From: Bdellovibrionales bacterium
GTDB taxonomy: Bacteria; Bdellovibrionota; Bdellovibrionia; Bdellovibrionales; UBA1609
DNA length: 64,000 bases
Reading direction: 5' to 3'
NCBI GenBank assembly: GCA_027317865.1
Contig: DAHVQG010000003.1
Location: 64,001 to 128,000, forward strand
How positions within the stretch are numbered: the first letter of the stretch is position 1; each line of letters begins with the position of its first letter. The position numbers were made by a program, and so were the translations under genes. This document shows positions 1 to 10,131 of this stretch, piece by piece. The notes under the pieces were generated by a model. That model saw only the letters and a program-made list of their open reading frames with translations, did not search any database and was not told the DNA's origin.

Positions 1-1
1 G

Positions 2-160
2 AAGATGCCCTTCACGATTATTGATCAAAACACTGCCGATATTTTGGCTTTGCATGGCATGGGCGGCCTGTTTAACAGTTTGATTGGAAGTCAAAATCAC
101 CGGCCGATGCATCGGGAGCTTGCGTACACTTTGCGTTGTGACTCTTTTTTGAACCGCCAT
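2..160 (-). CDS. CBS-domain protein, 5' part (runs off window start)
   Basis: Not in ORF track. Manual minus-strand translation from ATG at 160 gives MAVQKRVTTQSVRKLPMHRPVILTSNQTVKQAAHAMQSQNIGSVLINNREGHL, a typical CBS pattern (TVxxAAxxMxxxNIGSVxV...G.L). Confidence 0.75.
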   Translation of the reverse strand, partial: MAVQKRVTTQSVRKLPMHRPVILTSNQTVKQAAHAMQSQNIGSVLINNREGHL

Positions 161-265
161 GCCGGCATTATGCTACGAAGGGCTTTATCTGAAGTTACGA
201 TTTGGTGTTGAAATTTTAATACCTAATGTAGACTTGAAGCTGCGATCGCGCTATTGATCAACGTT

Positions 266-1153
266 ATGACAACAGTCGTTTTACTCGCTCACAGTAGCGA
301 TACTATTATCAGCCAGAATATTTTTTGCCTGTTCAGCCTTCTTCATCAGGTTGGGGCTACCAGTTCAGGCGACTTGCAAATTTTCATTTACACCGACCAA
401 CCGGCGCGGTTTCAAAAATATTTTGGCGACGACAGCCGCATTAAATATGTGGAGCTGACACCGGCTCGCGTGCGAGAGTGGCGTGGATCCATAGATTTCG
501 TTCATCGCGTAAAAGTCGAAATGCTTCGCGACGCCGGTACAAAATTGTCGGGCCAAGTGAAAACCACCATTTTTTACGTTGATGGCGATACGATTTTTTT
601 AAAAGATCCCGCGCCGCTTTTTGCGAAAATTGACGCAAAAAATAGCGTTATGCACGAGCTTGAAAATTATTTGGACGAAGGGCGCGATCCGTTATCAAAA
701 AAAATGGCCCGATTTCTGCGCAAACAATGGCCAGCGGCTTATCGTAAAAAGCAGTTGAGCATGGACCGAGCTAATGAATTGAATGAGCATGTGGCGATGT
801 GGAATTCGGGCGTGCTTGGATTTACCTCGGATTTCGTTCCTCGTCTTGACGATGTATTACGGCTTACAGAAGAACTTTACACGCAATATCCAAAACACGT
901 AATGGAACAACTCGCGCTATCTTTTTACATGCAAAAGTGCACTCACATTCACGATGCTCGGGAGTACATATTCCATTATTGGCGTCAGAAAGACGCTTAT
1001 AACAATTGGATCGCGCAATTTTTGTCAGAACACCCAAATGTCGAGGCGGCTCATCGCGATTTTGATTTAGCCAGGCTGCCCTCAGTCGATATTGCAGCAG
1101 CGAAACCTGATAAGTTGAAATGGTTTAAAAAGTGGCGTTCGCTCCGAGCGTAA
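266..1153 (+). CDS. Putative GT-A fold glycosyltransferase-like protein
   Basis: IYTD, YVDGDTIF (DxD), WNSGVLG, EQLALS and HYW motifs; ATG at 266 preferred over TTG at 254. Confidence 0.6.
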   Translation: MTTVVLLAHSSDTIISQNIFCLFSLLHQVGATSSGDLQIFIYTDQPARFQKYFGDDSRIKYVELTPARVREWRGSIDFVHRVKVEMLRDAGTKLSGQVKTTIFYVDGDTIFLKDPAPLFAKIDAKNSVMHELENYLDEGRDPLSKKMARFLRKQWPAAYRKKQLSMDRANELNEHVAMWNSGVLGFTSDFVPRLDDVLRLTEELYTQYPKHVMEQLALSFYMQKCTHIHDAREYIFHYWRQKDAYNNWIAQFLSEHPNVEAAHRDFDLARLPSVDIAAAKPDKLKWFKKWRSLRA

Positions 1154-4061
1154 ACAGTACGTTTGTGCCCGAGTAGGTGGAATGGGCTTCGAGCCACGTC
1201 ATACGAAACGGATATTTGTTGGCCAGTAGAAATTCAAATTCAATGCCGCCGCCCGTTTCATCAAATAGATGGTCAGGCGAGCCGTGGGATCTAAAAGATC
1301 CGTCATACCGGTTGTAAACTCCTAGTACTGCAAATCGGCGTAAACTTAACGGAAAAGTTGTGAAATATAATCCGTAATCAAAGGCTTGTTTTAGCTCAAA
1401 ACTGGTTCGACGGACTTCATAATAATATTGGTCGGCATAATCGGTAAGACGGTAAACCGTGGCTGCCGTCGATAACAGAAACGGGTGTTGAAAGTTGCGC
1501 AATTCAACCACCGGCGTGCGCCCGTCTGTCCAAGAATCTTGGTAAGCCGCTGAGAGATAAGTTTGGTGCCAAATGTCGTACTCGAGAGAAGCTTCACCGG
1601 CGTAAACGTTTGATGGGTTTACCCACTGAGGCGCATCGTGGAGCAGTTCATGATCGAATTCGAGACTGAAATGGCGATAATCGTCAAAGCCTAAAGGTTC
1701 AACGACATGCCGGTCGAGAACGAATCGTGTTAGGTCGACATACTGATTGGCATCGTAAAAATTGCGCAACAAATCTTGGTCGTCTTCATAAGCGAAATAC
1801 TCACTTATTTCGCTGGACCATTGTGGCCGTACAAAAAACGGATATATCACTCCGGTTGTGCCGACCCACGCATCATAGTGGCCAAGCACAAAATTCTTGC
1901 CGCTCGAGTTGGATACGACATCGGCGCCGTGAATGTATTCACCAGACAACTCCCAGTTTAAAACGTACTGCGTGTTGAGATAACTCAGAGTTGAATCCGC
2001 ATAGTTGTAACTTCCACCACCGACTGAAAAAGCTAAATTTTGATCTTGTAGAGGATCTGAAAAATGCATATTCAGACCGCCGGTCGCTAAAACGCCATTG
2101 ATCGAATCCCACCCCACATCTAAGCTCGGATCAATACCCTCGTAGTGCAAATTTCTCCACGAACTGTAGGGCCGCTCGTTCTTCAAATTCAGTTTGGGTA
2201 GTTGAACAGGTGTAGATTTGGCGGGTGTTGAAGTCGAACTGGCCGTAGAATTTGCCGTAGTATTGGCTGCGGAGACCTCGGTGGGGTGAGCTGACTGGCG
2301 AGTTGAGTCCGCTAAATCATACAAATGAAAATTCGGACTTGATTCGAATTTGTATTTATAATCGTACGGTGATTGCGCTATGTTTTGAAGCGTAATAATT
2401 TTATACCGGTAGCCCGTGGCCGAAAACTCTGCGACGAGCGCGTGTTGCGAATCGATTATCTGTGCGTCGACGACGACGTCCGAATCAGTCAGGCGGGTAT
2501 ACGTACCGTTCTGCCATTTAAAAAGCGATGAACCGCGTTTAACCGGCGCGACGAAATAAACGGCACCATTTTTGCTGACCTTGACCGGAAACCCCCAAAA
2601 ACCTTTGTATGAAAATAGCTTTGTGGGCCCGCGATACAAGATATGGTTCTTCTCGTTTTGGCCAAAATAATACGGATGCATATGGGGGCCAAAAATAGCC
2701 GAAGATACCGTTTTGCCGATATAGGTTCGCTGATCAGATGGCGTGCTACTTTTTACGCCTTGTTGTCGACGGTCACATTCGCTCCATAATGAAAAATGCA
2801 AAAACGACTTGTTGGCGTCGGCGTAGAGCCTGCAAGAACCCTGTTGATCGTAAACGATTTGATTTTCAGTCCCGCGCCTTAACGTATAGCCATCGCCAAA
2901 AAGCCCCGCTTTGAAATTGGCATTGTCGATTTGCTCAGCGCTCGCTGAAACAAGATGGCCTTTTTCATCTTGAAATATCGAACCCATAGGTAAATCAATT
3001 TTTCGATTTTCCCACTTTCCGGTTTTAATATTATAGATGTGCACGGTCGGCTCGGATTCAAGATCAGTCGTCAAAAAGCGAATTTTATTGTTCTCTTGTG
3101 TAAGAGGACCTTCTTCCATTGAAACAAAAAGCGTCGGACTTGCAGCGGACTTCTGGGTGGAATAAATCGGTTGCCAATGCTTGAGAAAATCTTTTATGGC
3201 GGCCTCATAACCAAAGCCAAATGTGCGCACAAATGCTTCGCGTACATTGAGCGGATTAACATAATTAAATGAGTGTTCATAAAAAAAGTGATCGACTTTT
3301 TGGACGCCAAATTTATCGCTCAACCAATCTTGAAGATATCCGCCCACCCAATATTTTTCATTCGTATACGGAAAGTAAAGATGATCGTTCATAAGGCGCG
3401 TTGAATTTACGTCACCCGCTTTAGCAAGTGCGAAAACCGCCGCGCGGACGCTGCCGCTGTACAACCGCCCGCCGTTACCGAATCGACTCTCGTTCAAAAC
3501 GGCATTGCCTTCGAGAAGAAAAGTCGGAAGAAATTCATTAGGGTACTCCATATAAGTGAAAGGCAGGCTCAAAAATGCGCTCCAACCTAAACTGGTGTCG
3601 CCGAAATATTTTTTTAAAAAAGCCGAATATCCTTCTTTTTGATCGAGTTGATACATATGACTGGTTTCGTGCGACAGCAGCATGTAGAGCCACGAATTAG
3701 CCGCAAATTCATCGGGGATTTCAGCTCCCGCGGGGAAGAATACGGTAAAAAGGCGCGGCAAAATTGTCGTTTCACCGTTAGCGATTTGGTTATGATTCGA
3801 TGCCAGAATTAGGTAAGGAGGGTCGTCAAATTTCCAATTAAAATCTTTTTGATAAAGTGCGCGTAATTTTGAATTGAAAAATACCAGGTCGCGAAGCAAT
3901 GGCCGATCGCTTTTTGTATAGATATATCGGTAGAAGCCATCGTTGTAGATATAATAGGGTTCATCGCTTGAGACGGTGAATCGATTTGAAATCGGCGCAG
4001 TTTGAGCATGGGCGGGTAATGGAATCGCAAACAAGCAACAAAACAGCATCGCGAAGATCAT
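1125..4061 (-). CDS. Outer-membrane protein: zincin-like N-domain, beta-rich middle, Ser/Thr linker, C-terminal beta-barrel
   Basis: Signal peptide (AHA-Q), HETSH...EGNA gluzincin-like motif, alternating beta strands ending in C-terminal Phe (GANATF). Confidence 0.65.
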   Translation of the reverse strand: MIFAMLFCCLFAIPLPAHAQTAPISNRFTVSSDEPYYIYNDGFYRYIYTKSDRPLLRDLVFFNSKLRALYQKDFNWKFDDPPYLILASNHNQIANGETTILPRLFTVFFPAGAEIPDEFAANSWLYMLLSHETSHMYQLDQKEGYSAFLKKYFGDTSLGWSAFLSLPFTYMEYPNEFLPTFLLEGNAVLNESRFGNGGRLYSGSVRAAVFALAKAGDVNSTRLMNDHLYFPYTNEKYWVGGYLQDWLSDKFGVQKVDHFFYEHSFNYVNPLNVREAFVRTFGFGYEAAIKDFLKHWQPIYSTQKSAASPTLFVSMEEGPLTQENNKIRFLTTDLESEPTVHIYNIKTGKWENRKIDLPMGSIFQDEKGHLVSASAEQIDNANFKAGLFGDGYTLRRGTENQIVYDQQGSCRLYADANKSFLHFSLWSECDRRQQGVKSSTPSDQRTYIGKTVSSAIFGPHMHPYYFGQNEKNHILYRGPTKLFSYKGFWGFPVKVSKNGAVYFVAPVKRGSSLFKWQNGTYTRLTDSDVVVDAQIIDSQHALVAEFSATGYRYKIITLQNIAQSPYDYKYKFESSPNFHLYDLADSTRQSAHPTEVSAANTTANSTASSTSTPAKSTPVQLPKLNLKNERPYSSWRNLHYEGIDPSLDVGWDSINGVLATGGLNMHFSDPLQDQNLAFSVGGGSYNYADSTLSYLNTQYVLNWELSGEYIHGADVVSNSSGKNFVLGHYDAWVGTTGVIYPFFVRPQWSSEISEYFAYEDDQDLLRNFYDANQYVDLTRFVLDRHVVEPLGFDDYRHFSLEFDHELLHDAPQWVNPSNVYAGEASLEYDIWHQTYLSAAYQDSWTDGRTPVVELRNFQHPFLLSTAATVYRLTDYADQYYYEVRRTSFELKQAFDYGLYFTTFPLSLRRFAVLGVYNRYDGSFRSHGSPDHLFDETGGGIEFEFLLANKYPFRMTWLEAHSTYSGTNVLFTLGANATF

Positions 4062-4251
4062 GTGTTATCATTTGTGAGGGGCAGAAAAGTGTCAAAGTTC
4101 CCATGACCGTGAAGAAGTTTTCATGTCGCAGTATGCCAAACGTCTTTTCAAGATAACCAAGTCAGCGAAAAATTTACGCAAATTTGAAATATGAAGGTTT
4201 ATAGTGTATAGATTTTAGACAGTGCATCTAGACAGTTATCGAGGAGGTTTC

Positions 4252-4737
4252 GTGCTTAATCCCCAGCAAAATGAGTCCGCGTCGAAAGAAATGCTAAAAG
4301 ACATCCCTAAGGACATTCGAGAAATAGCTCGAGTGGTGACGAAGGTCACAACATTCTCAGAGCCTGAGGATGATTTGAGTTTCATCGATCGCATCGACAA
4401 TATTTTGGACTTGGCCGAAAATGAGTACCCCGTATTTACGTTGGCTAAAAATAAAGCCCGCTTTTTGCGCATGTTGACCTGGTACAAACAAAAAGAAACA
4501 TGGTTGGATGTGGCGCCGCTTTCAGGCGTGAGCAAGTTGTTCAAACAACAAACGAAAGAATTAGAAGGCATTCGCTCCAATAAGCTGGATTATGAAATGG
4601 AACTTGAAACGGGTACTTTAACTCCGAGCCAAAGGTCGTACCGGCGCGATGAGCTAAAGATGTGCAAGGTTCAAGAAAAGATGGCTGTGCATTTGATTGC
4701 GAAAATGCAAGTCAAAATCAAATCGGGCCGTCGATAA
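4252..4737 (+). CDS. Hypothetical helical protein
   Basis: GTG at 4252 preceded by GAGGAGG RBS (4241-4247); no recognisable domain. Confidence 0.7.
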   Translation: MLNPQQNESASKEMLKDIPKDIREIARVVTKVTTFSEPEDDLSFIDRIDNILDLAENEYPVFTLAKNKARFLRMLTWYKQKETWLDVAPLSGVSKLFKQQTKELEGIRSNKLDYEMELETGTLTPSQRSYRRDELKMCKVQEKMAVHLIAKMQVKIKSGRR

Positions 4738-4914
4738 AACAGCTTTAATTTCAGATAGTTAGAAACTATTTTCAAAATGAGGCAATTTTTGCCTAATCAT
4801 CTCGTATTGATCCGCCGATAAGGTCTTTGTAGGGCTTAGTGGGAGTGTTGTCGATGCAATAACCACATAAGCCACAAGGCTTTGAGTCTCAAAAATAAAT
4901 TGGGAGGGATCAAT

Positions 4915-5346
4915 ATGGGACGTAAAGTGGTTATCGTGAGCGATGACAATGAATTCATCGGTCAGGTTCAATCTTACTGTGCGGATAAAGGTGCTACAGT
5001 TCATGTGTTTTCACTCGATGAGTGGCACAAGCAAGGCGCAAAACCTGGATTCGACTATATTGCTTTAGGCGAAAATCCGCCGTTGGCAAAAGGTACGGTA
5101 CCGATGGAAGGCGCCAAGATTTTACAATTCCCGCAAGGTACTCACGGTCATCGCGTGCAGACGATGAACCAGCTTGAAAGCGCGGCTATTAAAAATGCAA
5201 TTCAAAACTACAATGGCAATCTGACTGAAGCTGCTAAAGCCTTGGGTATCGGCCGGGCGACGCTTTATAGAAAAGTTAAATTGTTCAATATTGATCCAAC
5301 ACAAGCTCGCCGTAACAATAACCGAAATGTGAAAAAAGTGGCCTAA
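4915..5346 (+). CDS. Fis-type HTH (HTH_8) protein with degenerate receiver-like N-terminus
   Basis: LESAAIKNAIQNYNGNLTEAAKALGIGRATLYRKVK; GGGAGGG RBS before ATG 4915. Confidence 0.85.
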   Translation: MGRKVVIVSDDNEFIGQVQSYCADKGATVHVFSLDEWHKQGAKPGFDYIALGENPPLAKGTVPMEGAKILQFPQGTHGHRVQTMNQLESAAIKNAIQNYNGNLTEAAKALGIGRATLYRKVKLFNIDPTQARRNNNRNVKKVA

Positions 5347-5355
5347 TAGTTTGCT

Positions 5356-5382
5356 GCTAGGGTGACGAGTCGTCACCCTGGC
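5356..5382. terminator. Hairpin between convergent genes, overlapping the TPR gene stop
   Basis: AGGGTGACG-AGT-CGTCACCCT perfect 9-bp stem (5359-5379), extendable; no strong U tract. Confidence 0.5.
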
Positions 5383-6382
5383 AAATCGCCGTTTTCGCGT
5401 CGTATTTGTCCGCCATATTATCGTTTCTTTCGTCGCGCAGCTGGGTAGCTGCATTTTCAAATTGGGTATAACTATCGCTCTTTTTGTCGAGATGGCAGGC
5501 GATATTAAAATGAGTCAAAGCCTGATTGTATTTTTTAATTTTAAATAACGATTGAGCGAGCGTCAGTTGCGAACGCACTGATTTGGGCTTGATCTTCGCG
5601 GCAAGAGATAAATACCGGACCGCCGCAGGATAATTTTTTTGCGTGTAGTAGAATTGGCCGGTTGCGTATTGTGCAAATTCGGATTTTTTGAACTGTCGGG
5701 CGACGTCATTAAAAACGCGCTCGGCGGCTGTCACCTTGCCGCTATTGTAGTAGGCTTGCGCGAGAAAAATCCGGTTATCGGGTAGCGATCCGTCGGCCGC
5801 AATTGCCCGCTCGCACGTTTCAATAGCTTGTTTAAGAAATCCGTCATTTGAATAGAGCTTACATTGACGGGCGAGCAGATCCTTTTGGCGGCCAAACTCT
5901 TGAATCATTTGCCTGAGAAGCGTGCGGCTTTCATAGTCCAGCTTGTGTTTTGCAAAAATTTTTAACAGTTCATCATAGCTGGGGCGATATTTGGGGGCGA
6001 GTGCGATCGTTCGTCTCAGACTTTGAACGGCTTTTACGGTTTTACCGGCACGGTTGTATGCGATACCGAGAAAATACTCCGCCCGAAACTGATGCGGATC
6101 ATGTACCAGTACCTGTTGGAGCATTTGAATTTCGCTTTGTACGTCGCCAGTCTTGCCGTACGCCAGAGCTAGAGCCATAGCCGCGATGTCTGAAATTTCA
6201 TTTGAGTAAGGCGCGAGTAAATTAATCGCCTTTTGATACGACTTTTTCTTTAACAGTTGAAACGCCAAATGTTCACGGGCTGGAATCGAAAGGGACGCCG
6301 TCTCTGCGGCAAACACCTTTGGCCCCAGGGCTAAAATCGAGATTATGAGCACCATTTGAGCGGAATGCGCGATTTTCTTCAT
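5357..6382 (-). CDS. Exported tetratricopeptide-repeat protein
   Basis: Signal peptide (VFA-A) and repeated TPR helices (AEYFLGIAY, IFLAQAYY, AQYATGQFYY). Confidence 0.85.
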   Translation of the reverse strand: MKKIAHSAQMVLIISILALGPKVFAAETASLSIPAREHLAFQLLKKKSYQKAINLLAPYSNEISDIAAMALALAYGKTGDVQSEIQMLQQVLVHDPHQFRAEYFLGIAYNRAGKTVKAVQSLRRTIALAPKYRPSYDELLKIFAKHKLDYESRTLLRQMIQEFGRQKDLLARQCKLYSNDGFLKQAIETCERAIAADGSLPDNRIFLAQAYYNSGKVTAAERVFNDVARQFKKSEFAQYATGQFYYTQKNYPAAVRYLSLAAKIKPKSVRSQLTLAQSLFKIKKYNQALTHFNIACHLDKKSDSYTQFENAATQLRDERNDNMADKYDAKTAICQGDDSSP

Positions 6383-6405
6383 GTCTCAATAATAGAAATT
6401 CCTAT

Positions 6406-6432
6406 TAAGGAGCGCAATGGAGTTTCCGATGA
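6406..6432 (+). promoter_or_regulatory. Sigma28 (FliA)-type promoter
   Basis: TAAG-N15-TCCGATGA, 7 nt before ATG 6440. Confidence 0.6.
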
Positions 6433-6439
6433 ATATCAT

Positions 6440-7090
6440 ATGGCAGAACAAGACGATTCAAAAAAGAAGGATAACGGCAAAATCGTGGAATTCCCGCTGC
6501 ATAGGGTGCGAAAACCTAAGGCCAGCGAAGTTCCCCCTGTTCCTAAAACCCCGGAACAAAAAAAGCAGGCACTGGTCGTGTCGCTGCTTTCGGCGATTGT
6601 GGTTGCGATGTTTTTTTCGCACCACACTGCTCCGAGCAGGGCTCCTCAGTCCATCGACATTCGTCCCGGTCTTCACCATGACATTGTCATGGCGGCAAAA
6701 ATCAATCAAGAGTCGCTACGTGAACCTTCAAGTTTGGGTCTTGAGCCGACTTTGGTGGATCAGTTACGGTTCGGGTTACTTGGTAACCGGTATTCATTAA
6801 AGCTAACGTCGGATCACTCTCTGCGGTCGATCAGCTTTGAACAAAAGTCTGGTGCTCACCGCATTCGTGTTCAAGATCTGAACGCATTTGTTAAACAATA
6901 CGGGCCGCTATTTCAAATTCCGTTCGATGACATTAAGGGCCCGACCAAGTTTCACGATAAACAGTATACCTTTGAGATTTTTGAACTTCGCGATAGGTCG
7001 CGATTAGTTGCACATGTGAACTTTATGCTTTTGAAAAATCACGCTCTCGAAGAAATGAACGTTCAACCCGTGGCAATGAAGAATAATTAG
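6440..7090 (+). CDS. Single-pass membrane hypothetical protein
   Basis: One TM helix (ALVVSLLSAIVVAMFFS); first gene of a three-gene operon. Confidence 0.65.
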   Translation: MAEQDDSKKKDNGKIVEFPLHRVRKPKASEVPPVPKTPEQKKQALVVSLLSAIVVAMFFSHHTAPSRAPQSIDIRPGLHHDIVMAAKINQESLREPSSLGLEPTLVDQLRFGLLGNRYSLKLTSDHSLRSISFEQKSGAHRIRVQDLNAFVKQYGPLFQIPFDDIKGPTKFHDKQYTFEIFELRDRSRLVAHVNFMLLKNHALEEMNVQPVAMKNN

Positions 7091-7096
7091 GACAAC

Positions 7097-9097
7097 ATGT
7101 CGTTACTTTTTGGTCCGCAAAGTTCGAAATCCGAAGACGCTAACCGTGATGGGGCGGCACCACTTGATCGATTTGCAGCGGGCGTTATCGATTACGCCAT
7201 TGTACTGATGCCTTTTATTTATTTGATTCTGGCGCCGTTTCAACGCGCGATCAAAGTGGCTGCAGTTTTTGGCACAGCTCCGGCGTGGGGCATTCCAATT
7301 ATAACGGCACTTTCTGTTTTTTCTGTCGTCGTCATGATCTTTCTTTATCAGACGCTGATGGTGACTTTTTGGGGTGGCACGGTTGGTCAGTTACTTTTGG
7401 GCTTACGCGTTTGCAATCTTTGGGATCGTACTAAACCGCGCTTTGGCCAATCGGCGATGCGCTCGTTTTTTTGGTTTTTAAGTTGGATCGCATTAGGCGT
7501 TCCGTTTTTGGCAATTTTTGGCAATGAACTTCGGCGGACGATTCACGATCGCGTGGCCGACACGGTTGTGATTTCAGTGCGAAACGATCGGAAAGTTGAA
7601 AGCCCGACGCGACGGGCGGCGCTGATTGTTTCGGGTATTTTTTGGGCCGTAGGCGTCGTGGCCGTAATCTTTTTAGCCTCAACCGTAATTTCTTATCTCA
7701 ACCAGTATTCGCAACAAAACGGGCTTATCGCACAGCTCGAAGCCGACAACGTTTTGTGCGAACAAGTTTCGGATGCGCAGGCGAACTGGCCGAACGAAAA
7801 TGGTGCGCAAGCGAAACGCCTAAGTGTCGCCATGTCACTCTATACAGCCGGCATCATTGGCAGACATTGCCTTCAAGGGGAAGTTGAAAATTTGCCGTAT
7901 GGTAAAACGGAACAACCTCTTCTTGACCTTGCAAAATCGTTTGTTTACGCCGATGCGCCCGGCCTTTCACAGAGCTACTTAACAAAAATTTGCCAGCTCA
8001 ATTCTTCTAGTGTCGAATGCGCGATGAGCCAGTGGATGACCCAAATTGCGCACGGTAAATGGTCGAACGTTAAGGGCGAATTGGCCGCTCTCAATCATGT
8101 GCAAAAGGTCTTTCCATTTATATGGGCCGAGCGCGAGGCGATGGCACATAATGACTACCGGCTTGCGTGGTCGTTTCTACAAAAGTTGCCGGACGTAAAG
8201 GAACTCGCCGATTTTGCCACTCCCCAACGATTGAAGCTTCTGGTAGCGCTTGGCCATAATAAAGAAGCACACGGTGTCGCTGCGGCCGCATACTCCGCGC
8301 TTGATGACGATGCTAAACTTCGCGTGTCGTCATTTATGTGTGACGAGAACATTGGGTTGTCCTGTGCAAAACTTCAGAGTCGTGGATGCCAAATCTTTTC
8401 GCGACTGACATCTGAATATTCCGACGCGTTGAATTCCACGCAAGCTTCGTTGGCCTACCTACGCTTGTACGAGTGCGGCGACTCTACGCAAAACCCGGCG
8501 TCTATTAACTATGAACCGCTTTTGTCGCTTCCTTTAAATCGTAACGTCAAGGAATTAGTCGAAGCGATCAGCCGCCCGGGTACGCGGGCATTGAATAAAA
8601 TCCGGCAACGAAAATCGCTTGGCGAAAAAGTTGTTGCGGAGGCTACGTGTCGAATTATCGAACGTACTTCCAACATTCAAAAGCTGACGGCACTGATGCG
8701 CTATTGGCGGGATAAACCCGATACGTTGGCTTGGCAAAGAGTCGGTGAACAATTGTTTAACAAGCTTTATCAATCGCACTCCTATGCATTGTCGGCCCAG
8801 GTTGGTAAAACCCTTCTTGCAGAAAAGATGTCGCAAATGAGACTTGCCCGGCAAATCCTCGCGCTCAAACATTCGAATCAAATGGCGCGGGCGCGAATGC
8901 GGTTGGCGGAATATCTGGCACGTTACCCGTCGCCACAATATGCAATGGGTGCAACGTCTGAAGATATGCGTATGCCGGCAAGTCTGCCGTTGCATAGCGC
9001 GGCGGCGACCACTCAATTCCGCACATTTGTTGATCGAACCGGTTTTGTGCACGTGGTTGAATTTTTGGAGAAGAACGCATGCCCGAGGGGAAAATGA
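7097..9097 (+). CDS. RDD-family membrane protein with large Cys-containing helical periplasmic domain
   Basis: RFAAGVID, GGTVGQLLLGLRV, RRTIHDRVADTVV RDD signature. Confidence 0.8.
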   Translation: MSLLFGPQSSKSEDANRDGAAPLDRFAAGVIDYAIVLMPFIYLILAPFQRAIKVAAVFGTAPAWGIPIITALSVFSVVVMIFLYQTLMVTFWGGTVGQLLLGLRVCNLWDRTKPRFGQSAMRSFFWFLSWIALGVPFLAIFGNELRRTIHDRVADTVVISVRNDRKVESPTRRAALIVSGIFWAVGVVAVIFLASTVISYLNQYSQQNGLIAQLEADNVLCEQVSDAQANWPNENGAQAKRLSVAMSLYTAGIIGRHCLQGEVENLPYGKTEQPLLDLAKSFVYADAPGLSQSYLTKICQLNSSSVECAMSQWMTQIAHGKWSNVKGELAALNHVQKVFPFIWAEREAMAHNDYRLAWSFLQKLPDVKELADFATPQRLKLLVALGHNKEAHGVAAAAYSALDDDAKLRVSSFMCDENIGLSCAKLQSRGCQIFSRLTSEYSDALNSTQASLAYLRLYECGDSTQNPASINYEPLLSLPLNRNVKELVEAISRPGTRALNKIRQRKSLGEKVVAEATCRIIERTSNIQKLTALMRYWRDKPDTLAWQRVGEQLFNKLYQSHSYALSAQVGKTLLAEKMSQMRLARQILALKHSNQMARARMRLAEYLARYPSPQYAMGATSEDMRMPASLPLHSAAATTQFRTFVDRTGFVHVVEFLEKNACPRGK

Positions 9098-10131
9098 TTT
9101 TTCCGCTTTTAGCCGGATTTCAGTCAATTTTTCGCGCCCCGGTCACTTGGGCGCTGTTCTTTTTGAATTTGGCCGTTTTGGTTTACACCTATGTGCCCGC
9201 GCAAAAATCGCAAATTGTTTTAGAAAATGAGTTACGCCAACCGGCTTTCAGTCAAATGCAGGGTCTCGTCTTTGCCCATTACATTAAGTCGAATCCGACG
9301 CGATATTTGGCCAGTGTGGTGAATCTTGCGAATCGAGCAGTGGAGCCTGGCGGCCGAGATGGTCGTGAAATTTTGGGTGGCATTGCCGTTCGCGATAACG
9401 GATTTATCAACCGCTCCACGCGCCTCACGGATAATATCGGCGATCCTATTGCGTTCAACTGGTGGAAGAAGAAGGTTGCTGAATTTAAAAGCGTGCGTGA
9501 TGCCGACCCGAGCTATCAACTTGGAGTGACCGCCGCACATAATGATCTCAAACATTGGATCACCTACCAGTTTGTCCACAGCGGGGTCGCACACTTCTCT
9601 GGCAATATGCTTTTCTTTCTTATTTTCGGTTGTAGCCTTGAAATGATTTTTGGCGGTTTGGCCGTGCTTGTTATTTATTTGATGTCAGGCATAGCGGGAG
9701 CCATGATGTTCATGACGGTAAACCACGGATCGGCCATTCCACTTATTGGCGCAAGCGCTGCAATTAGCGGTATTGCCGCATTCTTTTGCGTTATGCTTTG
9801 GACTCGTCCCGTTCGTTATATCTATTTTTTATTTATACCAAAACGCGATTATGTGGGTTTTGCGTATTTGCCCGCGTGGATCACTTTGGTGCTTTGGATG
9901 CTTTCAGATATCGCAGGGCAGTGGGCTACGCCTCCCGGGTTGGGTGGTATCGCTTATGCGGCGCACTTCGGTGGCGAATTATGCGGTATCGCGGCCGCGC
10001 TTATTTTGTTGAGTATGCGTAAAATTCGAGGTCAACCATTGCTACCAGAGCTCAATAATTGCCCATCATTTTGGAGCAAACCCTCGGCGAATGGTGTTCT
10101 CGGTAACAACTCGCGGGTCCATGTATTGTAA
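9094..10131 (+). CDS. Rhomboid intramembrane serine protease
   Basis: FVHSGVAHFSGNM, GASAA (catalytic Ser), AHFGG (catalytic His); ATGA overlap with the RDD gene stop. Confidence 0.9.
   Translation: MIFPLLAGFQSIFRAPVTWALFFLNLAVLVYTYVPAQKSQIVLENELRQPAFSQMQGLVFAHYIKSNPTRYLASVVNLANRAVEPGGRDGREILGGIAVRDNGFINRSTRLTDNIGDPIAFNWWKKKVAEFKSVRDADPSYQLGVTAAHNDLKHWITYQFVHSGVAHFSGNMLFFLIFGCSLEMIFGGLAVLVIYLMSGIAGAMMFMTVNHGSAIPLIGASAAISGIAAFFCVMLWTRPVRYIYFLFIPKRDYVGFAYLPAWITLVLWMLSDIAGQWATPPGLGGIAYAAHFGGELCGIAAALILLSMRKIRGQPLLPELNNCPSFWSKPSANGVLGNNSRVHVL

Noticed and set aside
5-211. 68-aa plus-strand ORF
   Set aside because: Shadow of the minus-strand CBS-domain gene start (160 to window edge).
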